Below, in pieces: positions 11,587 through 22,032 of a DNA stretch of 64,000 nt. How positions within the stretch are numbered: position 1 is the stretch's first letter; each line of letters begins with the position of its first letter. The stretch is from assembly GCA_041937175.2 (NCBI GenBank), contig CP166615.1, positions 2,144,001-2,208,000 on the forward strand, written 5' to 3'. The notes below the pieces were generated by a model, which saw nothing but the letters and a program-made list of their open reading frames with translations, did not search any database and was not told the origin of the DNA. Position numbers and translations under genes: made by a program. The stretch comes from Limnothrix sp. BL-A-16. Its GTDB lineage: Bacteria; Cyanobacteriota; Cyanobacteriia; CACIAM-69d.

Positions 11587-13608
11587 TTAGGGTTTCTGGA
11601 ATTCCCAAGGTTTCCGAAAATCTTCCGCCGGCACCCCTTGCAGCGCCTTCAGCATAAACTCCCGCCAGATGGGAGCCACATAGCTGCCCCCCGTGGCCCC
11701 GTAGCCGATCGGGCGGTAATTGTCATTCCCCGCCCAAACCGCCACCGACAGTTGTGGCACATAGCCCACAAACCAAATATCCCGCTCTGAATCCGTTGTG
11801 CCCGTTTTGCCCGCCGCTGGCCGACCAATATTGGCCGTCTTGGCTGTGCCGTTGGTAATCACCCCCCGCAGCGTATCCGTGAGGGTTGCCGTCGCCCAAG
11901 GATCCAGCACCAGTTGCGGCCGGGGCGTGTTGTCCAACAGCACCTTTCCGCTGCTGTCGGTCACCTGCACAATAAACGTGGTGTCCGAATGCCAGCCATT
12001 ATTGGCAAACGTGGCATAGGCTCCCGCCATTTCCAACGGGGTCACGTCCTCCGACCCCAAGGGCAAGGACAGCACCGGCTCCAGCGGGCTTTGGAAACCC
12101 AACAGCCGACAGGTTTCAATCACCTTGTTCAGCCCCACTTCCTGGCCCAGGCGCACCACAGGAATATTCAGCGAAATTTCCAAGGCGCGCCGAATCGAGA
12201 CTGAACCTGAGAAACCGCCCCCGTAGTTCTTGGGCCGATACATCACACCCCCATCGTTGTAGCTGACGGGCGTGTCATTCACGGCGGAATTGGGCGTGTA
12301 GCGGCCAGTGGCAAAGGCCGCGTAATACACAAAAGGTTTGAAGGCAGATCCCGGTTGGCGCATGGCCTGAATGGCCCGGTTGAACTGGCTCTTGCGATAG
12401 TCCACGCCGCCCACCATGGCCTTCACGAAGTGGGTACGCGGATCCACCGCCACCAGGGCCACTTGATCCGCTCGCAACCCGCGCGATTGCATCCGAGCGT
12501 GGGCCGCGCTGACGGTGGCCTCAGCCATCGTCTGAAAATCAAAGTCCACGGTGGTTTGAATCCGCATTCCCCCCTTGAACAGATCTTCGCGCCGGAAGCG
12601 TTTTTTCAGTTCTTGGGTCACCGCCTCGGTCACGTAGGGCAGCTTACTGGACTGGAAGGAAGTACTTTTGCCCAAATTCAAGGGTTGATTGCGGGCGGCC
12701 AACTCCTCGGCGGGCGTGATCCAACCCAAGTCCAGCATTCGCCCCAACACGATCGCCTGGCGTTGCTTCGCTCGCTCGAAGTTCAGGAATGGGCTGTAAT
12801 CTTCGGGAGCTTGGATCAGGCCCGCCAGCATGGCGCTCTCGGCCAGGTTCAAATCGGAGGCCGATTTGCCAAAGTAGCTGCGGGAAGCGGTTTCAATGCC
12901 GTAGTTGTTGTGGCCCCAATAGACCTGGTTCAAATACAGCTCTAGGATTTCGTCCTTTTTCAGGATTTGTTCTAAGCGCAGAGACAAAACCGCCTCAGCC
13001 ACCTTCCGGCTAATTCGGCGCTGGGGTGACAGAAACAGGTTTTTGACCAACTGCATGGTCAGGGTGGAGCCACCTTCGGAGGTGCGCCCGCGCTCCAGGT
13101 TGGTAACCAAGGCACGCATGATGCTACCGGGGTTGATGCCAGGGTGCTGATAGAAGCTGCTGTCTTCGATCGCGATGACGGCTCGCTTGAGGTGGGGCGA
13201 GATTTGGTTGAGGGGGACAACGACCCGGTTAGCTTCGTCGTGCAAGCTAGCCAGCACCCGCCCTTTGATGTCGTAGATATAGCTGGTTTCGCTGGGGGTG
13301 TAGGTTTGCAGAATCCGCACATCCGGTAGGTTGCGGAAGCTAACAGCCAAGCCCACCAAGGCTCCGGCCACGGCGGCGCTGCCCAGCATGGTGACGGTCA
13401 ACAGAGTGCCGCCGGTAATTTGCCCCGCTCCAACGACCAAACGCCACAGACCCGGGCTGGGAGGCTCGATCGGGGAAGGCGTGGCGGAGGTGGATCGGGG
13501 CAAGGGGCGAACTCCCGATCGGGGACGACGGGGAGAAGGCTTGTGTGAAACGTTGGAAGACACAGGCGAGAGCAGGCTCCTAACCGATCGCGATCGATGG
13601 AATTGCAC
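11587..13608 (-). CDS. Class A penicillin-binding protein (PBP1A family)
   Basis: Transglycosylase motifs EDSSF and GGSTLTMQL; transpeptidase motifs SAFK, SLN and KTGT; start uncertain. Confidence 0.95.
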   Translation of the reverse strand: MQFHRSRSVRSLLSPVSSNVSHKPSPRRPRSGVRPLPRSTSATPSPIEPPSPGLWRLVVGAGQITGGTLLTVTMLGSAAVAGALVGLAVSFRNLPDVRILQTYTPSETSYIYDIKGRVLASLHDEANRVVVPLNQISPHLKRAVIAIEDSSFYQHPGINPGSIMRALVTNLERGRTSEGGSTLTMQLVKNLFLSPQRRISRKVAEAVLSLRLEQILKKDEILELYLNQVYWGHNNYGIETASRSYFGKSASDLNLAESAMLAGLIQAPEDYSPFLNFERAKQRQAIVLGRMLDLGWITPAEELAARNQPLNLGKSTSFQSSKLPYVTEAVTQELKKRFRREDLFKGGMRIQTTVDFDFQTMAEATVSAAHARMQSRGLRADQVALVAVDPRTHFVKAMVGGVDYRKSQFNRAIQAMRQPGSAFKPFVYYAAFATGRYTPNSAVNDTPVSYNDGGVMYRPKNYGGGFSGSVSIRRALEISLNIPVVRLGQEVGLNKVIETCRLLGFQSPLEPVLSLPLGSEDVTPLEMAGAYATFANNGWHSDTTFIVQVTDSSGKVLLDNTPRPQLVLDPWATATLTDTLRGVITNGTAKTANIGRPAAGKTGTTDSERDIWFVGYVPQLSVAVWAGNDNYRPIGYGATGGSYVAPIWREFMLKALQGVPAEDFRKPWEFQKP

Positions 13609-13676
13609 CGTATCCTAACATTTGAATTTGTGGCTCAAGTTAAGATCTCAGCCCTGCCGGGCCAGGAGCGCGATCG

Positions 13677-14045
13677 GTGACGATTCAGGAATTGGGTTTG
13701 CTGTTGGGGTCAATTGTGGCCAGCGTGGTGGGGCAGTTTTTGCTGAAAGCAGGGGCCCTGCGCTTGGGCAAAGTGACCGGCGACAACTGGATCAGTCACC
13801 TACTGTCCATGGTCACCACTTGGGAACTAGTGGCGGGGCTGACGGCCTATGGCCTCGGGGCGATCGCCTATATCCTGCTGTTGACCCGGGTTAAGCTCAG
13901 CATTGCCGCCCCTTCCGTTTCCCTGATCTACGTGTTTACGGTGCTGATTGGGGTGGTGGCCTTTGGGGAGTCCCTCCCGATCGCCCGACTCATCGGCGTT
14001 GGACTGATTATGGCCGGGGTGGTTTTGGTGGCCTCTCAGTCCTAG
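13677..14045 (+). CDS. Small DMT/EamA (SMR/ArnE-like) membrane transporter
   Basis: Four TM helices; GQFLLKAG, LSIAAP and FGESL motifs. Confidence 0.85.
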   Translation: MTIQELGLLLGSIVASVVGQFLLKAGALRLGKVTGDNWISHLLSMVTTWELVAGLTAYGLGAIAYILLLTRVKLSIAAPSVSLIYVFTVLIGVVAFGESLPIARLIGVGLIMAGVVLVASQS

Positions 14046-16105
14046 GGAACGGCTGAAGCCTTTTGGGTCTTCGATTCTGAGGTCTCGACGGCTTCCCGAC
14101 CCGGCCACCAAAACCGATTGGGCAAGCGATAGGCCCGCGCCTGATTGGTGTCAAAGGCCCAAGCACTCAACTCCGTCGGCTCCGCTGGCAATTCCTGAGG
14201 CGTGAAAGCCGCTTGCCAACCCGAAACCCGAAAATCAGCCCCAAACTTGCGGGCCACATCTGGCCGCGATTCCGTCACCCAAGCGAGGGCGATCGGGCGA
14301 TCGACCTGGGTTTTGGGATCCCGCGCCGCCAGAATCACCACATCAGCCGATCGCCCCGATCGCCGCAAAATCGCCCACCCCTTCGCCACCCAATGGGGTA
14401 ATTCAGGATGACTCAAGGGGCGCTGTCGATCCTTCAACACCACCTTCGATTCCCAAGTCCAGCTATCCCACTGTCCTTCAGCCACGCCCGCCAAATCCCG
14501 GGAGCCAAAAGCTGCCAAATTGGGTGTTTCGATCAAAGGAGGATTAATCACCCCCAAATCATTTAGCGGTCGTAAATATTGCCTCAATAATTGCAGATTC
14601 GGGTGAACCTGCTGCAAACCGAATGAATCATAAACAACAGGAGACAAGGTGACACAAGCCTTGCCCAATCTTAATTGTCGATTCAAGATTTGCATCCCTC
14701 CCAAACCGGTGCGGTAGCTATTCGATTCCAAAATTAGCCACAATCCCAATAGAAACGCAGCGCCCCAAGAGAACCAGCGCCAAAATTGGTTGACTTTTAG
14801 GCTGTTGAAATCAGCTCTGGAACTCGTTTCGGAGTTGATTATTGAATCAGCTTCAGTAACAATCCCTTGCGCAGGCTTCAGAGTATATAAATTGAGAGTA
14901 TATAAATTGCTTTGACCCAGGCTAGTGACAATCAGCCCAGTAATGGCAACCCACAAATAATTAGAAACCGTAATATAGCGCGGAGAAAATGCTTGCTCAA
15001 TTCCAAATCCTACTCGTCCTAATGACGTAATGGTTCCACTCAAAAGGCTATAGCTACCCAAAGATAGCCAAGGGATCATGGCCATCAAAGTGCTGTGGAA
15101 ATTTGAGCGATCGCCTGATTTCTGAAATCGCTGCCAAGCACTCCAAGCGTAAACAGCCACACCCCCCACAAAAGCAATCAGCGCAAACCCTCCCAAGATC
15201 TGAGCTAATTGCTGATCAGAAAAGCTCAAGGGCGCACCCAGAAAGCTCAAAAAATATTGCACTAACTTGAGTGGATCTTCTAAGCCCGACAACAAACTTG
15301 GCGAATCGGGTGGCTTCACATAGCCATGAAAATAAAAGATTAACGTCCCAGAAAAGCAGGCCAGCCAAGCCAACAGAAAAGCCCATGCCTTGCGATTAGG
15401 TTGTTGCCAAATTTTAAAGCCGATCGGAATGAGGGAAATTAACCAAAAGGTCATACCGTTGGCAAAGGTGAAGGTAGCAAACCAAGCCAAACTCACCATC
15501 ATCAGAAAAATTTGCCATCGGGGTCGATCGCCCCGCATTAGCAATAACATGCCCACCAGGCAAGCAGGTGTCACAAACATAATATATTGCAGACCCCACA
15601 GCAAATTTTCATACTGCAATGGACTACAAAGAAAAGTTGCAATTACAGCAGTGGCAACAGCAACTAGCCTCGGTTTATTAGGAATTGACAATTTGAGCAG
15701 GCGATGAATACCCAACAGAATGAGTAAGAGAAGTGTAATCGTTAAGCCCACTTCATAAGCAGCATTCCAGTGAGTTAATTCTGCCAACCCAGTGAGTATT
15801 AACCGTGGGAAAAACTTGCGACTTTCATTATGTTGAGCAAACAAACTTTCAAGCGTTATACTCCCATGCTTCCAAGCATGAAAATAAACTCCGATCATCC
15901 AACTATCAAAAAAAGGAACGTTGACTACATATTTAGCTAGCCAATACAGCAGCAGTGCAACGGGTAGGCCAGCCATTCCATAAATCAAGAGGTTGACTGA
16001 AGAAATCCCCATGAAGTGGGCTTGATTGACCCAGTTTTGCAAAATTGAGACAAATTGAAGGCGTTTTTTGAGAGTGATTAACCAAGAATTTAGGGTTGTC
16101 AACAT
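14042..16105 (-). CDS. Multi-pass membrane protein, possible GT-C-type glycosyltransferase
   Basis: N-terminal NVPFFDSW...LFAQHNESR, many TM segments, SPRY motif, extracellular C-terminal domain; AT-richer than flanks. Confidence 0.7.
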   Translation of the reverse strand: MLTTLNSWLITLKKRLQFVSILQNWVNQAHFMGISSVNLLIYGMAGLPVALLLYWLAKYVVNVPFFDSWMIGVYFHAWKHGSITLESLFAQHNESRKFFPRLILTGLAELTHWNAAYEVGLTITLLLLILLGIHRLLKLSIPNKPRLVAVATAVIATFLCSPLQYENLLWGLQYIMFVTPACLVGMLLLMRGDRPRWQIFLMMVSLAWFATFTFANGMTFWLISLIPIGFKIWQQPNRKAWAFLLAWLACFSGTLIFYFHGYVKPPDSPSLLSGLEDPLKLVQYFLSFLGAPLSFSDQQLAQILGGFALIAFVGGVAVYAWSAWQRFQKSGDRSNFHSTLMAMIPWLSLGSYSLLSGTITSLGRVGFGIEQAFSPRYITVSNYLWVAITGLIVTSLGQSNLYTLNLYTLKPAQGIVTEADSIINSETSSRADFNSLKVNQFWRWFSWGAAFLLGLWLILESNSYRTGLGGMQILNRQLRLGKACVTLSPVVYDSFGLQQVHPNLQLLRQYLRPLNDLGVINPPLIETPNLAAFGSRDLAGVAEGQWDSWTWESKVVLKDRQRPLSHPELPHWVAKGWAILRRSGRSADVVILAARDPKTQVDRPIALAWVTESRPDVARKFGADFRVSGWQAAFTPQELPAEPTELSAWAFDTNQARAYRLPNRFWWPGREAVETSESKTQKASAVP

Positions 16106-16151
16106 TGGTTATTGAGCTGGGTTATTGAGTCTCGGAGTTGTCTAATTCTTA

Positions 16152-16282
16152 GAGGATGTCTGAAAAGCCAAAATCGATACTCTGCACGCCTCATCGATCG
16201 ACGAAGACAAGGGGCTTAAGCCCCTTGCCCCCACGACTATTGGTGCATTGCCCGTGCCAAAAGACACTTTTTAGACATCCTC
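16152..16282. mobile_element. MITE family A copy 2 (131 bp)
   Basis: TIR GAGGATGTCTGAAAAG / CTTTTTAGACATCCTC; TTA duplication; palindrome at 16208-27. Confidence 0.9.
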
Positions 16283-16475
16283 TTAGAGAAGGTTTGAACA
16301 GTGTCAGATATGAATTTTTAGACCATAGACACAACAAAGCCAGGGATCTACGTCCCTTGTCTGAGTTGGTTACTTGTGCAATTGCGAGCTTAGGATCAGC
16401 CGTTTAGACATTCCCTAAGTCCATGAATTCCCGTCACTGTAGCGCGAGTTTTGTCCCTTGGCCGATCGCAACTCG

Positions 16476-16508
16476 AAAAAAAACGCCACCGAGTAAAACT
16501 CGATGGCG
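16476..16508 (-). terminator. Intrinsic terminator on the minus strand with no obvious parent gene
   Basis: Stem CGCCACCGAGT / ACTCGATGGCG next to an 8-A run (U-tract on the minus strand). Confidence 0.7.
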
Positions 16509-17562
16509 ATTTGCTTCCCTGGGTCAAGCCACGGATCCCTAAAAAGCGGGTGAATGTGCCTAAAATTTCACGCCGATTCCCTGGGTCTTAATGGCTTTGA
16601 ATGCAATCAGAACGCTGACTGAGCCATGATCTAATAGGAACTGAGGCCCCTTGAATGGAGCACCCGATCGCCCTGTTATGCACCCTGACGGTCAACAGTG
16701 AAGGGTCGATCGAGGTCGATCGCGGGGCCAGTTCCCGATATGGCAGACAAAGTGAGATGCGGTAGATGCACGATGCACCCCGATTGAGAGGCAGAATCAA
16801 AACTCGCGATCGCCTGAACGATCGATCGCAGTTGATGGAGGAGTTAGGCCTGCATTCACAGTTCGATCGGGCAGGCCAACTCCAGGCAGATACAGCTTGG
16901 CAGATGCAGAAGAAGGGAATGAACCCGAACTTTGGCGGAGACTGTGTAGATGCAAAAGTCGCCTGAGCGAACCTGATGAGTGGGAGAGCCTTGGCGACCA
17001 TCGTGATCAACGACTCATTTGCAGAGGCTGGTTGAGGGCGCAGAACCTGATGAACCCAAGATCTTATAAACCCAAGATTTTGAACTCAAGAACTGGCCGG
17101 CTAAACCGCAATTCTGCAAGGGCATTGCTCACGATGACCCCACACTTCAACTCAAAACGCCCACCCCTTTTGGGGAATTGCAACGGCGTTGAGGCAATTG
17201 ACCCTAAACTCTCATTCAGCAACCTCCCAAGGAACTTGCAAGAAGTTTGAGTTAGTGTTTTGCCTTGGGTTTGAGTATAGCAACTTTTTTCCGAGAATTT
17301 ACGGAGATTACCCAATTTTTTTGAGAAGCCCCAGCAAAGCCTGCTGCTTTTCTCCGTACAGATTCTGGGGGCGATCGCACAGTCTCAGACACAAAAATCA
17401 TTACCGGTCAATCTTTTCAGGCTTTGAGCTGCGTGATTCAGCATTCATTACTCATTTCTTGGCGAGCAATGCCTGTATTAAAAAGCACTTCAAAAATCGT
17501 TACGAATTTCACGCCCCACGAACGGGATAAACGGGATGATCTGCCCACCCGCTCTGGCATCC

Positions 17563-18060
17563 TCACCATCCCCAAGTGCCGGGCGATCCCTTGAACGGCC
17601 CCACAATATCGGACGTGATCCAGCCGCCATAGAAATCACCGGGCTGGGCCTGCACCTGCTCGCCATCCACATAGCAGGCATCTACATGACTGGGATAGAT
17701 GCCCACGTAGTTTTGGATTTCGGCAAAGGCGGGAGTCGGCGCGGGATAGAACCAAGCGGCGGCCTCGGCCCGGCGATCGCCCACTTGGATGCTGTAGTAA
17801 CGGGCGACCCCTTTCCACTCGCAAAAGGTCGATCGGGCAATCAATTCAAAATATTCCTGCCGCAAATCCTCAGGCGGAATGTAATAGGACGGTGGATGGC
17901 TGGTTTCCACAACCCGTTTTGCGCGATCGGTTTCGGCAATCACCACGCCATTAAATTCCACTCGAATGTGCTTACCCGAGTCTTCCCAGCGAGCTGGCCG
18001 GGGATAGTCCCACACGGATTCTTGGCCGGGGCCGGGAACCATGCGATCGGGATATGCCAT
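17563..18060 (-). CDS. DUF427 protein
   Basis: ESVWDYPRP, ETSHPPSYYIP, TFCEWKG, FYGGWIT. Confidence 0.92.
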   Translation of the reverse strand: MAYPDRMVPGPGQESVWDYPRPARWEDSGKHIRVEFNGVVIAETDRAKRVVETSHPPSYYIPPEDLRQEYFELIARSTFCEWKGVARYYSIQVGDRRAEAAAWFYPAPTPAFAEIQNYVGIYPSHVDACYVDGEQVQAQPGDFYGGWITSDIVGPFKGSPGTWGW

Positions 18061-18255
18061 AACTCAAACCCCCAGTTGAACCGTTTTGTTGAATTTTGCC
18101 GCTGAATCCTTTGAAAGTCACTGGGAATGGCCTCAGTGCAACCACCCCCAGCCCAAACACTGCTACGGCATCGCTTTGCTAGACTGAGAACCGGGGCTTA
18201 ACGTTTCTTAAAACCCAAGCCCCAGCAAAAGATTGTCAGCGGTTTCCTGGAGTTA

Positions 18256-18466
18256 GGGGCTGTCGTCGTTTCGCCCGAAGCCTCAGATCTGCCGTTAGCG
18301 GATCATGGGGGCAAGGGGCTTAGGCTCCTTGTTAAATCTTGGGAGACAAGGGGCTTAAGCCCCTTGTCAGATCTTGGGAAGCAAGGGGCTTAAGCCCCTT
18401 GTTACAACCATCGGGGCACGAAAAATCAACGATTTCAGCCTCACCTCGAAAAGTGACGACAGACCC
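18256..18466. mobile_element. MITE family B copy with its central palindrome triplicated (35-bp period)
   Basis: TIR GGGGCTGTCGTC / GACGACAGACCC flanked by TA; palindromes at 18312 (variant), 18347 and 18382; 211 bp = 141 + 2x35. Confidence 0.85.
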
Positions 18467-18528
18467 TAACCCCCTTGAGCAACCCCTAATCTGTTTGCTG
18501 CCCTTCGCACCGTTTGAGGAATCATTAC

Positions 18529-19998
18529 ATGGCTCCAACTTTGCTGCTGTCTCGGGACGTGCCCGAGTTGCGTTACCTGCCCACGGTCGATCGCTTCGAT
18601 GAAAGCTGGCGATCGCCCCTTTCGACCTTGCTGGGTTGGGGGCGCGCCGCCGGAGCCGATTTTGTGGAATTTTTCCTGGAGCGCAGCAACTACATCAACT
18701 GCCTGGCCGAAGACGATGCCATCACCAGCATTGCCCCCCGACTGGCAACCGGCGCAGGGGTGCGGGTGTTTCGCGGCCAGGCCGATTGCTACGTCAGCAC
18801 CAATGATCTAACCTTTGCCGGGTTGCGATCGGCTCTGGAAAAAGCCCTGGCGATCCTGGGGTTGAGCCTGCCGGGCCCCAACGCCTACATCCCCGAAGTG
18901 AACCTGGAACCGTTGCGGGACTACGTGGCCACCAAGGGCAAGGATGCTTGGTTGGGTCAATGCAGCTCCATGAAAGAAATGGGCGAGGTGCTGTTGGCGG
19001 CTAACGGCGCGTTGGCCAAGCAGGGCAGCCATGTGCAATCGCGGCGATCGAGCTATTTTCGCGACTGGCAAGAGGTGTTGGTGGCCGCCAGCGATGGGGT
19101 GTTTGCCCACGACATTCGCCTAACCCAATCGGTGGGATCCAGCTTGCTCTGTGCCGATGGGGCCAATCGATCGTCCATTGGTCAGCGGGCCGGCGATGCC
19201 AGCAATCCCCAATTCCTGCGGGATTGGGACTACGAAACCTTTACCAGTGGCATTGCCGAATCGGCGGGCAAAATGCTCTACGCCGACTATGTGGAATCGG
19301 GCAACTATCCCGTGGTGATGGCCAATGCGTTCGGCGGCGTGATTTTCCACGAAGCCTGCGGCCACCTGCTGGAAACCACCCAAGTGGAGCGCAAAACCAC
19401 ACCATTTTGGGATAAAAAAGGCGAAAAAATCGCCCATGAAAATTTGACCGCTTGGGATGAAGGTCTGAGCGACAACGCCTTCGGAACCTTGGATATGGAC
19501 GATGAAGGAATGCCCGTTCAGCGAACCTTGCTGATTGAAAATGGCATTCTGAAAAACTTCATTTCCGATCGCGCGGGCTTTGTGAAAACTGGCCATCCCC
19601 GCACCGGCAGCGGCCGCCGTCAGGGCTACACCTTCGCCGCCGCCTCGCGGATGCGGAATACCTATATTGCACCGGGCCAATTCTCGATCGAGGATCTGTT
19701 TGGCTCGATCGATCGCGGCATTTATTGCAAGCGAATGGGCGGCGGCAGTGTCGGCCCTACGGGTCAATTTAACTTCGGTGTAGATGAAGCCTACCTGATC
19801 GAAAATGGCCAGCTCACCAAACCCTTGAAGGGCGCAACCTTGATCGGGGAAGCCGTGGAAATCATGCAGAAAATTTCCATGTCTTCTAATGATTTGGCCC
19901 TGTCGCCGGGGTTCTGTGGGTCGGTCAGTGGCAGTGTTTATGTCACCGTGGGTCAACCCCACATCAAAGTAGATGCAATTACCGTGGGAGGTCGCTAA
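18529..19998 (+). CDS. tldD: TldD metalloprotease
   Basis: HEACGH, GSGRRQ...RMRNT, GFCGS, GQPHIKV. Confidence 0.95.
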   Translation: MAPTLLLSRDVPELRYLPTVDRFDESWRSPLSTLLGWGRAAGADFVEFFLERSNYINCLAEDDAITSIAPRLATGAGVRVFRGQADCYVSTNDLTFAGLRSALEKALAILGLSLPGPNAYIPEVNLEPLRDYVATKGKDAWLGQCSSMKEMGEVLLAANGALAKQGSHVQSRRSSYFRDWQEVLVAASDGVFAHDIRLTQSVGSSLLCADGANRSSIGQRAGDASNPQFLRDWDYETFTSGIAESAGKMLYADYVESGNYPVVMANAFGGVIFHEACGHLLETTQVERKTTPFWDKKGEKIAHENLTAWDEGLSDNAFGTLDMDDEGMPVQRTLLIENGILKNFISDRAGFVKTGHPRTGSGRRQGYTFAAASRMRNTYIAPGQFSIEDLFGSIDRGIYCKRMGGGSVGPTGQFNFGVDEAYLIENGQLTKPLKGATLIGEAVEIMQKISMSSNDLALSPGFCGSVSGSVYVTVGQPHIKVDAITVGGR

Positions 19999-20001
19999 GT
20001 C

Positions 20002-21339
20002 GTGGCAATTTCGATCGAACAATTGGCAACGGATGCCCGCGATCTCGCAACCGATTTGGGCATCAAACAATTTGATTTGTATGGGTCATCGGTGGATGAA
20101 ACCAGCGTCAAAGTGCGCGACGGCGAACCGGAACAGGTAAAAGCCTCCCAGCGATCAGGCGTGACCGTGCGGGTTTGGAACCAAGACGGGCGCGTGGGCA
20201 TCACCTCCACCACCGACATCGATCGGGCCGGGCTGGAACTGGCCCTGCGCACCGCCAGCGAGGCCAGCGCCTTCGGAGCCACGGACAACGTGCCGGACTT
20301 CAGCCCCGAAGCCACCCAGCCGATCGATGGCAACACCAGCGACATGGCCCCGCCCGCCCCGATCAACACCCTGATCACGGCCCTGGCCGGCGCTGAAAAA
20401 CGGCTGCTGGAGTCCCACCCGGCGATCACCTCTGTGCCCTACAACGGCCTCTCCCAAAGCGACACGGAGCGGTTCTATCTGAATAGCGAAGGCGCTCTAC
20501 GACACGAGGCCCGCTCGATCGCCTCCATGTATCTCTACGCCAAAACCGAACAGGAAGGGCGCAAACCCCGCAGCGGCGGCGCATTCCGCATAGCCCGCAG
20601 CTTTGACAGCCTCGACCTGGAAGGTTGCCTGCAAGAGACCACCGACAAAACCCTCAGCCACCTGAACTACGACAAAATTCAGTCGGGCAAATATCCGGTG
20701 GTCTTTTCGCCGGAAGCGTTCCTGAGCTTGCTGGGAGCCTTTTCCAACCTGTTCAACGCCCAGAGCATTTTGGATAAGCAAAGCCTCTCCACGCCGGATT
20801 CACTGGGTCAAACCCTGGCCGCGTCGATCCTATCGCTGGCGGACGACGAACACCACCCCGGCAACATTGGCGCAAGCTGGTTTGACGGCGAAGGCACGCC
20901 CACCCGCCGCATCCCGTTGATCACCGATGGGCAACTGACCAACTTCCTGCACAGCGCCGGAACCGCCAAACGCCTGGGCGCACAGCCCACGGGCCACGCC
21001 AACATGGGCGCAAAGGTGACGGTCAGCCCCGGCTACTGGCACGTGTTCTCCAATCAACCGGGTGATCTGCGCTTAGCCGATGCTGAGCAGGTGATCTTGG
21101 TTGATGATGTGACCGCCCTGCACGCGGGGGTGAATTCCCTGGAAGGATCGTTCTCGCTGCCCTTTGATGGCTGGATGGTGAAACGGGGCGATCGCGTCAG
21201 CATCGAATCCGCCACGATCGCGGGCGACATCCACGATCTGCTGAAGTCGATCGTCTGCGTGGAACCCGAAGCCGAGGTACTCCCCGGCGGGACTTGCCCC
21301 CGAATTTGGGTAGCGGAACTGTCGATTACGGGCGACTAA
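20002..21339 (+). CDS. pmbA: TldE/PmbA partner subunit
   Basis: FDGEGTPT, TGHA, GSFSLP; lacks HExxH; directly after tldD. Confidence 0.92.
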   Translation: MAISIEQLATDARDLATDLGIKQFDLYGSSVDETSVKVRDGEPEQVKASQRSGVTVRVWNQDGRVGITSTTDIDRAGLELALRTASEASAFGATDNVPDFSPEATQPIDGNTSDMAPPAPINTLITALAGAEKRLLESHPAITSVPYNGLSQSDTERFYLNSEGALRHEARSIASMYLYAKTEQEGRKPRSGGAFRIARSFDSLDLEGCLQETTDKTLSHLNYDKIQSGKYPVVFSPEAFLSLLGAFSNLFNAQSILDKQSLSTPDSLGQTLAASILSLADDEHHPGNIGASWFDGEGTPTRRIPLITDGQLTNFLHSAGTAKRLGAQPTGHANMGAKVTVSPGYWHVFSNQPGDLRLADAEQVILVDDVTALHAGVNSLEGSFSLPFDGWMVKRGDRVSIESATIAGDIHDLLKSIVCVEPEAEVLPGGTCPRIWVAELSITGD

Positions 21340-21406
21340 AATCGGGCGATCGGTTGGGCGCGGCTCCCCTGCTGCCCCAGTCGATCGCACTCTCTGGGCG
21401 ATCGCT

Positions 21407-22003
21407 ATGGTTGCTAACTTCGATCGATTTCTCATGAGTTCCGCTGACTACTTGGCCTGGGAAGCCGAGCAGTCGGTGCGCCATGAATATTTTCGGGGCG
21501 AAGCCTACGCCATGGTCGGAGGCACTTTGGCCCACAATGCGATCGCCCTCAATATCGCCAGTTGGTTGCGGGGACAGTTACGAGGCACGGGTTGCCACGT
21601 TTACATGGCCGATGCCAAGGTGCAAATCAGCCCGACGGGGCCTTATTTTTATCCCGATGGGGTTGTCACCTGCGATCAGCGCGATCAGCAATCGAAAAGC
21701 CTGATTAGCTATCCCCAACTGATCATTGAAGTGTTGTCGCCCAGCACGGCCGGGTTCGATCGCGGCGACAAGTTCAAAGCCTATCGACGGCTGCCCTCAT
21801 TGCAGGAATATTTATTAGTTGATGCCACCCAAGTCACGGTCGATCGCTATACTCGAAATCCGTTAAACCAATGGGTGCTAACTTCCTATCCCGCCGTTGA
21901 CCCAGACCCAGAAACCGATTGGGGGGCGATCGCCATCAACCTGGAGTCGTTACATCTGACCGTTTCTCTAGGAATAATTTACGAAGAAGTGACATTACCT
22001 TAA
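21407..22003 (+). CDS. Uma2 (DUF820) family putative endonuclease
   Basis: RHEYFRGEAYAM, YFYPDGVVTC, IIEVLSPST, DRGDKF, LQEYLLVD. Confidence 0.92.
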   Translation: MVANFDRFLMSSADYLAWEAEQSVRHEYFRGEAYAMVGGTLAHNAIALNIASWLRGQLRGTGCHVYMADAKVQISPTGPYFYPDGVVTCDQRDQQSKSLISYPQLIIEVLSPSTAGFDRGDKFKAYRRLPSLQEYLLVDATQVTVDRYTRNPLNQWVLTSYPAVDPDPETDWGAIAINLESLHLTVSLGIIYEEVTLP

Positions 22004-22032
22004 AATTGACAGTTAAAGGGCGGTAAATCCTT

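Noticed and set aside
16588..17315. ORFs of 66-140 aa in the intergenic region
   Set aside because: No motifs, no clear RBS and atypical composition.
18312..18401. CRISPR-like mini-array of palindromic repeats
   Set aside because: Spacers are only 15 nt and similar to each other, there are no cas genes, and it lies inside a MITE.
19120..20070. Long antisense ORFs (also 33161..34081, 46975..47793, 60017..60721)
   Set aside because: Shadow frames of well-supported genes on the opposite strand.
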